A stretch of DNA of 56,848 nt from Candidatus Woesearchaeota archaeon. GTDB lineage: Archaea; Nanobdellota; Nanobdellia; SCGC-AAA011-G17; GW2011-AR17. The notes beneath the pieces are model-generated. The model saw only the letters and a list, made by a program, of their open reading frames with translations. It ran no database searches and was not told where the DNA came from. Both the position numbers and the translations under genes were made by a program. Below, in pieces: positions 56,848-56,848 of this stretch. The stretch covers positions 1 through 56,848 of the forward strand of contig CAZUKZ010000002.1 in NCBI GenBank assembly GCA_964621125.1. The letters run 5' to 3'. The stretch's first letter is position 1. Each line of letters opens with the position of its first letter.

Positions 56848-56848
56848 A

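Noticed and set aside
1-56848. CRISPR arrays, rRNA genes, transposases, integrases and prophage modules
   Set aside because: I saw no spaced direct repeats of 25-40 nt, no rRNA-like segments (no non-coding gap is longer than about 170 nt), and no ORF with integrase, transposase or capsid motifs. The only mobile element is the intein.
1-56848. Alternative reading of the contig as bacterial (CPR-like), given tlyA, maf, relA/spoT, the L,D-transpeptidase and frequent Shine-Dalgarno sites
   Set aside because: Hjc, an archaeal/eukaryal-type TyrRS, an MJ0570/DPH6-type domain, KRGQ class III signals and an archaeal-type tRNA-Gln with an oligo-T terminator all argue for an archaeon with bacterial-derived genes. 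Chimerism at the 3' end remains to be excluded with coverage data.

Overview
AT-rich, very densely coded segment with about 58 protein genes and one tRNA. I found no rRNA, CRISPR array, transposase or integrase. The content looks archaeal and is most consistent with a small-genome, DPANN-like lineage. Supporting features are an Hjc resolvase, an archaeal/eukaryal-type TyrRS, an MJ0570/DPH6-type domain, class III (prepilin-like) signal peptides, an archaeal-looking tRNA-Gln followed by oligo-T, and TATA-like boxes. Several typically bacterial genes are mixed in: a long RelA/SpoT homolog, an L,D-transpeptidase, TlyA and Maf.

The window falls into four blocks.

1. 239-14408 is a surface/secretome island in which every ORF starts with a signal peptide, lipobox or TM helix. 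It holds a translationally coupled operon of two type-IV-pilin-like paralogs bracketing a 1406-aa candidate clan-CD protease, an M64-like metalloprotease and a Cys-rich anchored protein. It also holds a tandem trio of unassignable secreted paralogs.

2. 14443-38489 is a glycan/phosphonate island. It contains a UDP-glucose to UDP-xylose operon, GT2, GT4 and GT-C transferases, two DUF362 proteins and several radical SAM paralogs. Its phosphonate core resembles the Fom1/Fom2/FomC genes of fosfomycin biosynthesis: a cytidylyltransferase-PEP mutase fusion, phosphonopyruvate decarboxylase and an Fe-alcohol dehydrogenase. One radical SAM gene carries a 441-aa LAGLIDADG intein inserted inside the CxxxCxxC cluster motif and also a +1 frame break. 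Another radical SAM gene is a truncated remnant.

3. 38469-50119 is a housekeeping block: TyrRS, tRNA-Gln, Hjc and an unusual AsnB-DPH6 fusion.

4. 50154-54582 is a sulfur-carrier cluster: TtuA/NcsA, a ThiS/MoaD protein ending in GG, a ThiI lacking the THUMP domain and a ThiF/MoeB E1. A minimal diadenylate-cyclase-like gene, a membrane protein and a stand-alone copy of the E1 C-terminal domain are interleaved with these.

All assignments come from motif recognition by eye. No searches were run, so family names are hypotheses to confirm with HMM or structure searches.
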